From assembly GCA_963832165.1 (NCBI GenBank), contig CAWHTE010000003.1, positions 704,001 to 768,000 on the forward strand: 64,000 nucleotides of DNA, written 5' to 3'. Positions within the stretch are counted from its first letter, which is position 1. Every line of letters begins with the position of its first letter. A program made the translations under genes and the position numbers. Under the pieces are notes generated by a model, which saw only the letters and a program-made list of their open reading frames with translations, was not told the origin of the DNA and ran no database searches. Origin of the DNA: an uncultured delta proteobacterium (GTDB lineage Bacteria > Myxococcota_A > UBA9160 > SMWR01). Shown one piece after another: positions 9,486 to 19,305 of the stretch.

Positions 9486-10636
9486 CTTCGGCGCAGGCTC
9501 GCCTCGCGGAGCTCGTCGATCGCGCCCGCGCACAGACGGGGCTCGACGAGTTCGGCGGCGACAGCTGGCGCGAAGGGCTCGAGGTGCTGCTGCGGTCGGC
9601 GCTGACCGAGTCCCGTCTGAACCGCAGCGGCGAGGCGGGCTTCTACGGTTCGATCGAGCGCACGCTCGCGAACCGGCTCCAGATCGAGAGCTGGTTCGCG
9701 CGCCACCCCGAGATCGCAGAGCAGGAGGTCCACGTCGAGCTGCTCGGGGTCGGGCTTCCGCGCACGGGGTCCACCGCGCTCGCGCACATGCTAGGCGAGG
9801 ACCGCTCGGTGCGGTCGCTGCGCATGTGGGAGGCGATCGCGCCGTGCCCGCCTCCCGGGGTGTCGCCCGAGGGCGACGAGGCTCGCATCGCGATTGCCGA
9901 GGGGGCAGTGGCTGCGGCGAATCAGGTGGCGCCGCGCCTGCGCTCGATGCTGCCCCAGTCGGCGACGGGGCCGTTCGAAGACCACGACCTGATGTCGTTC
10001 GAGTTCAAATCGCAGGTGTATCTGTCGATGGGACGCCTCCCGTCGTATGCGACCTGGCTCCTCGACTGTGACATGGAGTCGACCTATCGCTACGAGCGGC
10101 GCGTGCTGCAGCTCTTGCAGTGGCGCTGCGGGCCGAGCCGCTGGCAGCTCAAGAGCCCCAGCCACACGCCGTTTCTCGGCGCGTTCGAGAAGGTGTTCCC
10201 CGAGGCGCGCTATGTGATGACGCACCGGGATCCCTCGAAGGTGTTGCCGTCGCTGGCGGACCTGTTCTGCACGCTCGGGGCCGCGGGCAATGAATCGCTG
10301 GACCCGCTCGAGGTCGCCGAGCTCAACATGGCGCAGTGGTCGCTCGCTCTGGACCGCTGTCAGAGCTTCCGCGCGGCCGGTCGCGAGGAGAAGTTCTACG
10401 ACGTCGCCTTCTCGGCGTTTCAGTCCGATCCGATCGCAGAGATCCGCGCGCTGTACGGCTGGCTGGGCCGAAGACTCGGCGCTGATGCGGAGCAGCGCAT
10501 GCGAGACTGGTGGTCGACCGAACGTCGCCAGGAGACGCTGGCGAAGCCCGATCCCAGCGAGTTCGGGATCACCGAAGCGGCGCTCGCCGCGCGCTTCGGC
10601 GCCTACCGCGCCCGCTTCGCGCCGCTGCTCGGCTGA
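9482..10636 (+). CDS. Sulfotransferase family protein
   Basis: Motifs GLPRTGST, WQLKSPSH and MTHRDP. Confidence 0.88.
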   Translation: MTSAQARLAELVDRARAQTGLDEFGGDSWREGLEVLLRSALTESRLNRSGEAGFYGSIERTLANRLQIESWFARHPEIAEQEVHVELLGVGLPRTGSTALAHMLGEDRSVRSLRMWEAIAPCPPPGVSPEGDEARIAIAEGAVAAANQVAPRLRSMLPQSATGPFEDHDLMSFEFKSQVYLSMGRLPSYATWLLDCDMESTYRYERRVLQLLQWRCGPSRWQLKSPSHTPFLGAFEKVFPEARYVMTHRDPSKVLPSLADLFCTLGAAGNESLDPLEVAELNMAQWSLALDRCQSFRAAGREEKFYDVAFSAFQSDPIAEIRALYGWLGRRLGADAEQRMRDWWSTERRQETLAKPDPSEFGITEAALAARFGAYRARFAPLLG

Positions 10637-10706
10637 CCTGCTCCGAAGGTGATGACGGCGCTGCGCAGAAATCCGATTGCGTCGCGCGCTTGCGGGAGGA
10701 GCCACG

Positions 10707-11114
10707 ATGAAGCTGTTGCCGAGCCCCGAGGATCACGTCGCGATCACGGGTCTGTTGGCGCGCTACTGCCTCGCGCTCGATCACGATGACGTCGAGGAAT
10801 GGGTTGCGCTGTTCACGCCGGAGGCGTCGTACGAGATGTACGGCCGGTCGTACGAGGGGCACGATGGGCTGCGCAAGATGATGACGGGCGCGCCCGGAGG
10901 CCTTCACCTGGGTGGGCCCATCGTGATCGAGATGATCGATGGCGACCACGCCCGCACGCTGCAGAACGCGCTCTTCGTCGACCGTACGAGCGGAGCCCAG
11001 CGCAGCGTGGTGTACACCGACGAGCTGCGCCGCACCGAGAGCGGGTGGCGCATCGCGAAGCGGCGCTGCCGCTTCATCGTCGCGGGGGGATTCAGCGACC
11101 GCCCTGCGTCGTAG
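10707..11114 (+). CDS. SnoaL-like / NTF2-family protein
   Basis: GGAGGA RBS. Motifs LARYCLALD, LFTPEA and YTDELRRTESGWRIAKR. Confidence 0.85.
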   Translation: MKLLPSPEDHVAITGLLARYCLALDHDDVEEWVALFTPEASYEMYGRSYEGHDGLRKMMTGAPGGLHLGGPIVIEMIDGDHARTLQNALFVDRTSGAQRSVVYTDELRRTESGWRIAKRRCRFIVAGGFSDRPAS

Positions 11115-11131
11115 CTTGCAATTGGTCGAAT

Positions 11132-12148
11132 TCAGGCGGCGATCGCGGCCGCGGCTTCGCGCGCGAGTCGGTGCACCGTATCGCCCATCGGACCCGGATC
11201 GCCGCGCGTGGGATCGGCGAGCGCGCGCTGATAGACGCCCTCGAGCATCACGGCGAGCTTGAACGTGTAGAGCGCCGTGTAGTAGCGCAGGTCGGGCGCT
11301 CGGCGGCCGCTCGCGCGCTGCCACTGATCGATCAGCTCGGCGCGTCCCGCCCACCCCGTGCGCTCTCCCGAGGTGCTCTCCATGTGCAGGAAGCCCGCGA
11401 GGTCGAGCAGCGGATCGCCGATCGTGCAGTTCTCCCAGTCGAGGATCGCAGCGACACGCGCGGGCGGGTCGGGCGCGACGAGCACGTTGGCGGCGTGATA
11501 GTCGCCGTGCATGATCCCGGCCGCCCAGTCGGTCGGTCGGTGCTGGGAGAGCCATTGGCCGACGTCGCGAATCGATGGGATCTCTCTCGCGCGATAGCTG
11601 TCGAGCTGCGAGAGCCAGCGGCCGACCTGCCGCTCGTGGAAGCCATCGGGCCGGCCGAAGCCCTCGAGACCGCGCGCTCGCCAGTCGACGCGTGCGAGCC
11701 GGCCCAGCGCATCGACCGTGGCGATCACCATCTCGCGCCGGAGTCGCGCGTCGTTTGCGAAGGGCTCGGGCATCGCCGAAAGGGAAGTGAAGCCGTCGAC
11801 GTGTCCCATCAGATAGAACGCGGATCCGATCACGGTGCGGTCGGTGCAGAGCGCGATCGGGGGCGGGTGCGGAACATCGGTGCCCTCGAGCGCGCGCAGC
11901 ATCCGGTATTCGCGCTCCATGCCGCGGTCGGCGCGCTCGAGTGCGATCACGGCGGGTCGCCGCAGGACGAAGCGCTGTCCGTTGCGCACGACCCCGATGC
12001 TCTCGTTCGACATGCCGCCCGAGATGCGGTGTACCGCGAGATCGGCGCCGGACTCGACGCCCTCGCGATCGAGCCAGGCGCGGAGTCTCTCGAGATCGAC
12101 CAGACCCTCGAGATCGTCGGATTTGAAGCTCGCGAAGGGTGCCTTCAC
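11132..12148 (-). CDS. APH-family phosphotransferase (ACAD10/LvaA-like kinase)
   Basis: Motifs GGMSN, VLRRP, REYRML, HGDYHAANV, LDWE and GDPLLDL. GTG start at 12148 is approximate. Confidence 0.85.
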   Translation of the reverse strand: MKAPFASFKSDDLEGLVDLERLRAWLDREGVESGADLAVHRISGGMSNESIGVVRNGQRFVLRRPAVIALERADRGMEREYRMLRALEGTDVPHPPPIALCTDRTVIGSAFYLMGHVDGFTSLSAMPEPFANDARLRREMVIATVDALGRLARVDWRARGLEGFGRPDGFHERQVGRWLSQLDSYRAREIPSIRDVGQWLSQHRPTDWAAGIMHGDYHAANVLVAPDPPARVAAILDWENCTIGDPLLDLAGFLHMESTSGERTGWAGRAELIDQWQRASGRRAPDLRYYTALYTFKLAVMLEGVYQRALADPTRGDPGPMGDTVHRLAREAAAAIAA

Positions 12149-12167
12149 GGATGGATGAGTCCCTGCG

Positions 12168-13811
12168 TCAGAGCTCTCCCGAGCGCAACATCCTTCGCAG
12201 ATCCACCTTGCGGATCTTTCCGGAAGCCGTGCGCGGGAACTCCTGCACGACGCGCAGCTCTTCGGGCCATTTCTGGCGAGCCAGTCCAATGCGCTCGAGC
12301 CGTTCGGTGATGTCGCGCAGCTCGATCGAGGTCACACCGGACGCGAGCCTCACGACGGCGCACGCGTGCTCGCCCAGGCGCGCATCGGGTGCGGCCACCA
12401 CGGCCACTTCGCTCACGTGCGGGAGTCCTGCGATCGCGCCTTCGACCTCGGCGGCCGAGATGTTCTCGCCGCCGCGAATGATCACGTCCGACAACCGGTC
12501 CGTGATCGTGAGGAAGCCCTCGGCGTCGAGGACACCCACGTCTCCCGTGCGGTACCAGCCCTCGTCGTCGAAGGCCCGCTCGGTGAGCGCGGGATCGGTG
12601 TAGCCCACGCACAGGTCCGGGCCGCGCGACCGGATCTCGCCGGCCTGTCCCACCGGCACAGGTGCGCCGTCGTCGTCCAGGAGCTGGATCTCGACTCCGG
12701 GCAGCGCAGTGCCGTCGGTCGCGTGGCGTTTCTCGACGGGATCGCCGAACGAGCTGCCCGTGATCGAGGGATGCTCGGTCGCGCCGTACGCGCGCTGGAT
12801 CGCGATGCCGTGCGACGCCGCGCGTTCCGCGAGGGGGATGGCCACGGGTGCGCCGCCCAATCCGATGCGGCGCATGCGCCGCGCGTGCTCGGCCGTGAAC
12901 GCTTCGTGGTCGATCAGGCTCGCCAGGAACACGGGTGCACCCGTGCCCGCGCCGACGTCGGCTTCGAGCATGATCGAGAGGACGCGCGCGGGATCCCAGC
13001 GGTCGATCAGGTGGATGTCCTGGCCGATCTCCGTCGGCCCGAGCACCCCGCCCAGCATGCCCGTCGCGTGGGTGACCGGCGAGCCCATGAGGTTGGTCGC
13101 GTCGGGCGTGATCCAGAGCCGCATGTGCGCGAGCTCGGCGAGCAGGGTCCGATGGCTATGCAACACGCCCTTCGGGTTGCTCGTCGTGCCGGACGTGTAG
13201 GCGATCACACAGACGTCGTCGGGATCGGCGGGGCAGATCCCAGTGGCCGGCGTCGCGTTCTCGACGACATCCCATCCCACTCGTTGGACGCCTGCGATCG
13301 GGGAGTCGGCCTTCGACCCCACGACGATGTGCAGTCGCAGGTTCGGAAGCTCGTCGGCCCGGGCGCCGTCGACGATGCCCTGGTAATCGACATGGCCATG
13401 GCGGTCCGCCGAGAGGTAGGCGCGCGCTCCGCTCTCGGCGAGGATGAACCGCACCTCCTTCGGGCCGTAGATGTGCACGATCGGAACGAGGATGTAGCCG
13501 CCCATCGCCAGGCCGCAGAACGCGACCACCGCCTCCCGCCAGTTGGGAAGCTGGAACGCCACGACATCACCCGGCGCAAGTCCTGCCTTGGCGAGTGCGC
13601 CGGCCAGCCGGAGGGCATCGGAATGGATGTCGGCGTAGGTCCCATGCCAGGGCCGCAGCTGCGACCAGATGTTCACCGAGGCGCTCGGCGCCGCGGAAAG
13701 CGAGCGGTCGACGCGCTCGCCGAGGGTCTCGTCGCTCCACCAGCCCTCGGCGAGGTAACGCTCGCGCAGGGCGGCGGGCACCTCGCGCTGCTGCCACCTA
13801 ACGTTCGCCAT
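12168..13811 (-). CDS. AMP-dependent acyl-CoA ligase (cyclohexanecarboxylate-CoA ligase-like)
   Basis: Motifs YTSGTTSNPKG, YGATE, YRTGD, RGGENI and RTASGK. Confidence 0.9.
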   Translation of the reverse strand: MANVRWQQREVPAALRERYLAEGWWSDETLGERVDRSLSAAPSASVNIWSQLRPWHGTYADIHSDALRLAGALAKAGLAPGDVVAFQLPNWREAVVAFCGLAMGGYILVPIVHIYGPKEVRFILAESGARAYLSADRHGHVDYQGIVDGARADELPNLRLHIVVGSKADSPIAGVQRVGWDVVENATPATGICPADPDDVCVIAYTSGTTSNPKGVLHSHRTLLAELAHMRLWITPDATNLMGSPVTHATGMLGGVLGPTEIGQDIHLIDRWDPARVLSIMLEADVGAGTGAPVFLASLIDHEAFTAEHARRMRRIGLGGAPVAIPLAERAASHGIAIQRAYGATEHPSITGSSFGDPVEKRHATDGTALPGVEIQLLDDDGAPVPVGQAGEIRSRGPDLCVGYTDPALTERAFDDEGWYRTGDVGVLDAEGFLTITDRLSDVIIRGGENISAAEVEGAIAGLPHVSEVAVVAAPDARLGEHACAVVRLASGVTSIELRDITERLERIGLARQKWPEELRVVQEFPRTASGKIRKVDLRRMLRSGEL

Positions 13812-13825
13812 GCTCCCTGCCCGTC

Positions 13826-13879
13826 GGGTTGCCAATCTTACTCTCGAATCCGTAGAATTGCACTTTCCGGTGGGTAGAA
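13826..13879. promoter_or_regulatory. Bidirectional sigma-70-like promoter cassette, copy A
   Basis: Plus strand TTGCCA(13829)-N18-TAGAAT(13853). Minus strand GTGCAA-N17-TAAGAT. First 40 nt are 36/40 identical to the reverse complement of 20987-21026. Confidence 0.7.
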
Positions 13880-13930
13880 CGAGCCATGCGCCGCACTCGG
13901 TGCGGGGCGCGGCGTTCGTCGGTGGTGTGC

Positions 13931-15049
13931 GTGGATTTCGAGATCACTCCCGAGCAGCACGAGCTGGTCGACTCCGTCCGCGCCGTGCTCGAGCGCGAGG
14001 TTCCGACGGCGCTCGTGCGCGACATCATCGAGAACGAGTGCCACCCGGAGCAGCCGTGGAAGAGCGCCCGCGAGCTCGGCTGGGTCGCGATCGACCTGCC
14101 CGAGGAGCTCGGCGGTCTGGGTCTGGGATTCCACGAGCTCGGCCTGGTCGTCGAGCAGCACGGCCGCTTCATCGCGCCGGGGCCGTTCCTCGCGACCACT
14201 ACCCAGTTCACGCCGCTCGTTCGCGAAGCGGGGGACGCGCGCCAGCAGGAGCGTTTCGCCGGCGCGATTGCGTCCGGCGCGCTCACGGGCGCGCTCGCGA
14301 TCGATCACGGCCGCGCGGTCGAGCATGCGCTCGGGGATTCGCTGCGCGCGCGACGCGACGGCAACGCCTGGGTGCTCGAGGGTCGGCACGACTTCGTGCT
14401 CGACGGCGATTCCGCCGACGAGGTCGCCTTGGCCGCGCAAGTCGACACGGGCGACGGCGTGGGCTTGTTCGTGGTTCCGCAGGGCGCCGTGAAGGCGCAG
14501 CGCGTGGTGGCGCTCGACGCGAGCCGCCCGCTCGCGCACCTGCGCTTCGACGGGGTGCGCGTGGAGTCCGACCGCGTCCTCGGCACTCCCGGCGCGAGCG
14601 CGCACGCGTTCGGACGTGCGCTCGAGCAGGCCACCGTCGCCGCGGCGCTGGAATGCGTCGGCACCTGCCAGGCGTTGTTGGAGCGCACCATCGAGCACGC
14701 GAAGAGCCGGCATCAGTTCGACCGGCCGATCGGGTCGTTCCAGGCCGTGCAACACAAGTGTGCCGACATGTTCGTGCAGGTCGAGAAGGCGCGCGCCACG
14801 GGCTACTTCGCGATGATGGCGCTGGCCGAGGATGATCCGCGCCGCACGCTCGCGGCGTCGATGGCCAAGCTCGCGGCCAGCGACTGTCAGCGCCTCGTGT
14901 GCAGCGACGCGATCCAGATCCACGGAGGGATGGGCTTCACCTGGGAGAGCGACGTGCAGCTCTTCGTCAAGCGCGCGAAGACGCTCGAGGCGCTGTTCGG
15001 CACGGGCGCACAGCACCGCCGGCGCATCGCCGACTTGATCGGGATCTGA
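13931..15049 (+). CDS. Acyl-CoA dehydrogenase, short subunit of the alpha2beta2 type
   Basis: Starts MDFEITPEQ. Motifs RHQFDRPIGSFQAVQHK and QIHGGMGFTWE. Tandem with the next ACAD. Confidence 0.88.
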   Translation: MDFEITPEQHELVDSVRAVLEREVPTALVRDIIENECHPEQPWKSARELGWVAIDLPEELGGLGLGFHELGLVVEQHGRFIAPGPFLATTTQFTPLVREAGDARQQERFAGAIASGALTGALAIDHGRAVEHALGDSLRARRDGNAWVLEGRHDFVLDGDSADEVALAAQVDTGDGVGLFVVPQGAVKAQRVVALDASRPLAHLRFDGVRVESDRVLGTPGASAHAFGRALEQATVAAALECVGTCQALLERTIEHAKSRHQFDRPIGSFQAVQHKCADMFVQVEKARATGYFAMMALAEDDPRRTLAASMAKLAASDCQRLVCSDAIQIHGGMGFTWESDVQLFVKRAKTLEALFGTGAQHRRRIADLIGI

Positions 15050-15050
15050 C

Positions 15051-16256
15051 GTGCACCTGCATTACGACGCCGAGACCGAGAAATTCCGCCGCGACCTCCG
15101 CGTATGGCTCGACGCGAATCGCCCGCGCCCCGAGGAGATGCGGGCCGAGCCCGCGACGAGCTCTGCGCATCTGACGGGTTGGTCGCGCCAGTGGCAGCGC
15201 AGGCTGTTCGAAGCGGGTCTGCTCGTGCCGGGTTGGCCGCCCGAGCTCGGGGGCCGCAACCTCCCGCCGGTTCAACAGCTCATCTATCACGAGGAGATGG
15301 CGAAGATCTCGATCGTGATCTCCACGAACCCGCAGGGGCTCGGGATCGTCGCGCCCTCGATCCGCGACTACGGCAGCGAGTTTCTGAAGCAGAAGTACCT
15401 GCTTCCCACGCTGCGCGCCGAGATCGCGTGGTGTCTGGGAATGAGCGAACCCGGCGCGGGCAGCGATCTCGCGGGACTCTCGACGCGCGCCGAGATTCAG
15501 GGCGACCACTTCGTCGTACACGGCCAGAAGGTATGGACGTCGGGGGCGCACCACTCCGATTACTGCTTGTGCTTCGTGCGCACGGATCCCGGCGCGCCCA
15601 AGCACCGCGGGATCAGCGTGCTGATCATCGACATGAAGGCGAAGGGTGTCACCACGCGTCCGCTGCCCGAGCTGACCGACCGCGACCACGCCGACTTCAA
15701 CGAGGTGTTCTTCGACGGTGTGCTCGTGCCGCGCGATCACCTGGTGGGTCCGCTGAACCAGGGCTGGTCGATCTCGGCGGGCTCGCTCGCGCACGAGCGC
15801 GGAATGGTGTGGCTCTCGAATGCCGCGCGCCTCGACGACATGCTCGACCAGCTGTTCAAGCTCGCGCAGACGCAGGGACCCGACGGCCGCCGCATCGGCG
15901 AGAGCGCGAGCTTTCGCGACGAGCTAGCGTCGATCTACCTCGACGCACAGGCGATGCGATTCATGGGCTATCGGGGCTTCGCGAAGTTCGCCAACGGGAA
16001 CATCGCGCCCGAGCACTCGCTGCTCAAGCTGTTCGGTTCCGAGATCGCTCAGCGCGCCGCGCGGCTCGCGACCGAGGCGCAAGGCGTGGATGCGCTCGAT
16101 TTCGACCTGCCGAGCCTTCCCTATCCCGACAGCCAGGAGCCCGTTCCCTGGATGAAGCGGTATCTCTTGACCTATGCCGCGACCATCTCGGCGGGTGCTT
16201 CCGAAATCCAGCGCAACATCATCGCGGAGCGGATCCTGGGCATGCCGCGCCGCTAG
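15051..16256 (+). CDS. Acyl-CoA dehydrogenase, catalytic subunit of the alpha2beta2 type
   Basis: Motifs GMSEPGAGSDL, GQKVWTS, FNEVFF, LAHER and AGASEIQRNII. Confidence 0.9.
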   Translation: MHLHYDAETEKFRRDLRVWLDANRPRPEEMRAEPATSSAHLTGWSRQWQRRLFEAGLLVPGWPPELGGRNLPPVQQLIYHEEMAKISIVISTNPQGLGIVAPSIRDYGSEFLKQKYLLPTLRAEIAWCLGMSEPGAGSDLAGLSTRAEIQGDHFVVHGQKVWTSGAHHSDYCLCFVRTDPGAPKHRGISVLIIDMKAKGVTTRPLPELTDRDHADFNEVFFDGVLVPRDHLVGPLNQGWSISAGSLAHERGMVWLSNAARLDDMLDQLFKLAQTQGPDGRRIGESASFRDELASIYLDAQAMRFMGYRGFAKFANGNIAPEHSLLKLFGSEIAQRAARLATEAQGVDALDFDLPSLPYPDSQEPVPWMKRYLLTYAATISAGASEIQRNIIAERILGMPRR

Positions 16257-16294
16257 TCGAGTTCACGAACGGGCGTCGTCCCGAGGAGCGAATC

Positions 16295-17695
16295 ATGAAG
16301 ATGGAAGACATGATCCTGGTGAGCGTGGACGATCACGTCTGCGAGCCGCCCGATATGTGGGAGCGGCACGTGCCCGCGAAGTGGAAGGACCGCGCGCCGC
16401 GGCTCGTGCACAAGCAGGACGGATCGGACGTCTGGGTGTTCGAGGGCGCGCAGATTCCCAACGTGGGGCTCAACGCCGTCGCGGGCCGCGCACCCGAGGA
16501 GTACGGGATGGAGCCGACCGCGCTCTCGCAGCTGCGCCCGGGCTGCTTCGACATCGACGCGCGGATCGGCGACATGAACGCGAACGGCGTGCTCGGCTCG
16601 CTGTGCTTCCCGTCGGTGCCCGGATTCGTGGGCGAGCTGTTCGGGCGCGAGGCCAAGAAGGGCGAGCGCGAGCTCGCGATCACGATGCTGCGCGCCTACA
16701 ACGATTGGCACATCGACGACTGGTGCGGGAAGTACCCGGGCCGCTTCGTGCCGCTCGCGATTCCCCCGATCTGGGACGTCGAGGAGATGGCCCGCGAGGT
16801 GCGGCGCGTGGCGAAGAAGGGCTGCCACGCGATCACGTTCGCCGACACGCCGGGGGGCCTCGGCTATCCGAGTCTGCACAACGCGCACTGGGACCCGTTC
16901 TGGAAGGCGTGCGCGGACGAGGGCACGGTGGTGTGCATCCACATCGGCTCGGGCACCGGCATGAATCTGCAGGACCCCGACGCACCGGTCGAGATCATGA
17001 TCTCGTCGACGCCGATCTCGCTGTTCGGCTGCGCCACGGAGCTCGTGTTCTCCGACATCTTCACGAAGTTCCCGACGCTCAAGATCGCCCTCTCGGAGGG
17101 CGGGATCGGCTGGATTCCGTACTTCCTCGAGCGGATCGACTATGTGCACGATCACCATCACCACTGGACGCTCCATAACTTCCCGGGCGGCAAGCGCCCG
17201 AGCGACGTGTTCCGCGAGCACGTGCTCGGCTGCTTCATCGACGACGCGGCGGGGGTGCGCAACCGCGACCTGATCGGCATCGACAACATCTCGTGGGAGT
17301 GCGACTACCCGCACTCGGATACGACGTGGCCGCACGCTCCGGAGCGGCTGTGGAAGTCGCTGGCGGGCGTGTCGGATGCGGACATCCACAAGATCACGTG
17401 GCAGAACGTGATGAAGTGGTTCCAGTACGACCCGTTCCAGCATCTTCCGAAGGAGGGGTGCACGGTCGGAGCGCTGCGCGCACAGGCGAAGGACGTCGAC
17501 CTCACGATGCGGCGCGGCGGCGGGGGCAAGCAGCCGTCCGACTACGCGCGCGGCTATGCCACGATCGGCGACATCATGAAGCAGATCGCGGGCGCCTTCT
17601 CGACCGGCTTCGACAAGGAGGGCCACGGCGCGGTCCCGGATGCCCTCGCACAGGTCCAGCAGCAGAAGGGCCGGCCGGCCAACGTGAGCAAATAG
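16295..17695 (+). CDS. Amidohydrolase family protein (Amidohydro_2)
   Basis: GAGGAG RBS. Motifs SVDDHVCEP, RAYNDW, HIGS, SEGGIGW and WECDYPHSD. Confidence 0.9.
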   Translation: MKMEDMILVSVDDHVCEPPDMWERHVPAKWKDRAPRLVHKQDGSDVWVFEGAQIPNVGLNAVAGRAPEEYGMEPTALSQLRPGCFDIDARIGDMNANGVLGSLCFPSVPGFVGELFGREAKKGERELAITMLRAYNDWHIDDWCGKYPGRFVPLAIPPIWDVEEMAREVRRVAKKGCHAITFADTPGGLGYPSLHNAHWDPFWKACADEGTVVCIHIGSGTGMNLQDPDAPVEIMISSTPISLFGCATELVFSDIFTKFPTLKIALSEGGIGWIPYFLERIDYVHDHHHHWTLHNFPGGKRPSDVFREHVLGCFIDDAAGVRNRDLIGIDNISWECDYPHSDTTWPHAPERLWKSLAGVSDADIHKITWQNVMKWFQYDPFQHLPKEGCTVGALRAQAKDVDLTMRRGGGGKQPSDYARGYATIGDIMKQIAGAFSTGFDKEGHGAVPDALAQVQQQKGRPANVSK

Positions 17696-17697
17696 GG

Positions 17698-18120
17698 ATG
17701 GCGCGAGTTCCTGTCGCCGACCACATCTTCACGTGGCCGTCCGACGATCCCCGCTTGATCGGGAGTCGATGCGGCGCGTGCAGCATCGTCACGTTTCCCT
17801 CACAGGACTCGTGTCCGCGCTGCGCGTCCACCGACATGCAACCGCATCTGCTCGAGCGGCGCGGGAGGCTATGGGCGTGGACCACGCAGCACTTCCCGCC
17901 GCCGTCGCCTCCGTACGCGGGTCCCAAGGGTGAAGCCTTCGTCCCGTTCGGCATCGGCTACATCGAGCTCCCGGGCGAGGTGAAGGTCGAGGCGCGCTTG
18001 ACCGAGGCCGACCCGGAGCGGCTTCGGGAGGGCATGGACATGGAGCTCGCGATCGTCCCGTTCTCGACCGACGACAAGGGAAACGAGATCGTGACCTTCG
18101 CATTCCGGCCGGTCGCCTGA
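17698..18120 (+). CDS. DUF35 Zn-ribbon/OB-fold protein
   Basis: CGAC..CPRC zinc ribbon, GRLWAWTTQ and PFGIGYIELPG. Confidence 0.88.
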   Translation: MARVPVADHIFTWPSDDPRLIGSRCGACSIVTFPSQDSCPRCASTDMQPHLLERRGRLWAWTTQHFPPPSPPYAGPKGEAFVPFGIGYIELPGEVKVEARLTEADPERLREGMDMELAIVPFSTDDKGNEIVTFAFRPVA

Positions 18121-18152
18121 GCGCCGACGAACACGAGAGAGAGAAGACACCC

Positions 18153-19295
18153 ATGGACGTGGCCATCGTAGGGGTCGGTCTGCACCCGTTCGGGCGCTTC
18201 GCAGGCGTCTCGGCAATCGAGATGGGCGCCATCGCGATCCGCCGCGCGCTCGCGGATGCGGGCGTCGAGTGGCGGCAGATCCAGTTCGCATTCGGCGGCA
18301 GCTACGAGGTCGACAATCCCGATGCCGTCGTGGCGCTGCTGGGTCTCACGGGCATCCCGTTCACCGACGTCTACAACGGCTGTGCCACGGCGGCGAGCGC
18401 GCTCACGATGGCCGCGAACACGATCCGGCTCGGCGATCACGAGCTCGGCATCGCCGTCGGCATGGACAAGCATCTTCCGGGAGCGTTCAGCGCCGATCCG
18501 CGATCGTACGCGTGTCCATCGTGGTACGGCGAGGTCGGGCACTTCATCACCACGAAGTTCTTCGGGATGAAGATCAACAAGTACATGCGCGATCACGGGA
18601 TCTCGCACGCGACGCTCGCGAAGGTCGCGGCCAAGGGCTATCGCAACGGCGCACTCAATCCGAACGCGTTCCGGCGCAAGCCGATCTCCGAAGAAGAGAT
18701 CCTCGCGTCGCCGATGCTGAACTACCCGCTGCGGCAGTACATGTTCTGCAGCCCCGACGAAGGGGCGGCTGCGGTGGTGCTGTGTCGGGCGGAGCACGCG
18801 CGTCGCTACACCGACAAGCCGATCTACCTGCGCGCCACGACGGTCCGCACGCGGCGGCTCGGCGCATTCGAGGTGCACAGCCCGTGGCTCCCGATCGAGG
18901 AGACGCCCGGTGCGACCGTCGATGCGTCGCGCGCCGCGTACGAGATGGCCGGGATCGGCCCCGAAGACGTCGACGTGATCCAGCTCCAGGACACCGACGC
19001 CGGAGCCGAAGTGATCCACCTCGCGGAGAACGGCTTCTGCGCGGATGGCGATCAGGAGAAGCTCATCGCCGACGGGGAGACCGAGATCGGTGGACGGCTG
19101 CCCGTGAACACCGACGGCGGGCTGCTCGCGAACGGCGAGCCGATCGGCGCGTCGGGTCTGCGTCAGGTTCACGAAGTGGTGCTGCAGCTGCGGGGTCAGG
19201 CGGGGAATCGGCAGGTCCCCGGCGATCCGAAGGTCGGATACACGCAGCTCTACGGCGCGCCCGGCACGGCCGGCGTGTCGATCCTCTCCGTCTGA
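18153..19295 (+). CDS. SCP2-type thiolase family protein
   Basis: Motifs VAIVGVG, NGCATA (Cys present), CSPDEGAAA, QDTDAG and NGEPIGASG. Confidence 0.88.
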   Translation: MDVAIVGVGLHPFGRFAGVSAIEMGAIAIRRALADAGVEWRQIQFAFGGSYEVDNPDAVVALLGLTGIPFTDVYNGCATAASALTMAANTIRLGDHELGIAVGMDKHLPGAFSADPRSYACPSWYGEVGHFITTKFFGMKINKYMRDHGISHATLAKVAAKGYRNGALNPNAFRRKPISEEEILASPMLNYPLRQYMFCSPDEGAAAVVLCRAEHARRYTDKPIYLRATTVRTRRLGAFEVHSPWLPIEETPGATVDASRAAYEMAGIGPEDVDVIQLQDTDAGAEVIHLAENGFCADGDQEKLIADGETEIGGRLPVNTDGGLLANGEPIGASGLRQVHEVVLQLRGQAGNRQVPGDPKVGYTQLYGAPGTAGVSILSV

Positions 19296-19305
19296 CGCGC
19301 GCCGA

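Noticed and set aside
5655..16256. Assigning cholesterol-pathway gene names (ltp2, chsH2, chsE)
   Set aside because: Family resemblance only. Motifs differ and no kstD, hsa or KstR-box evidence was seen.
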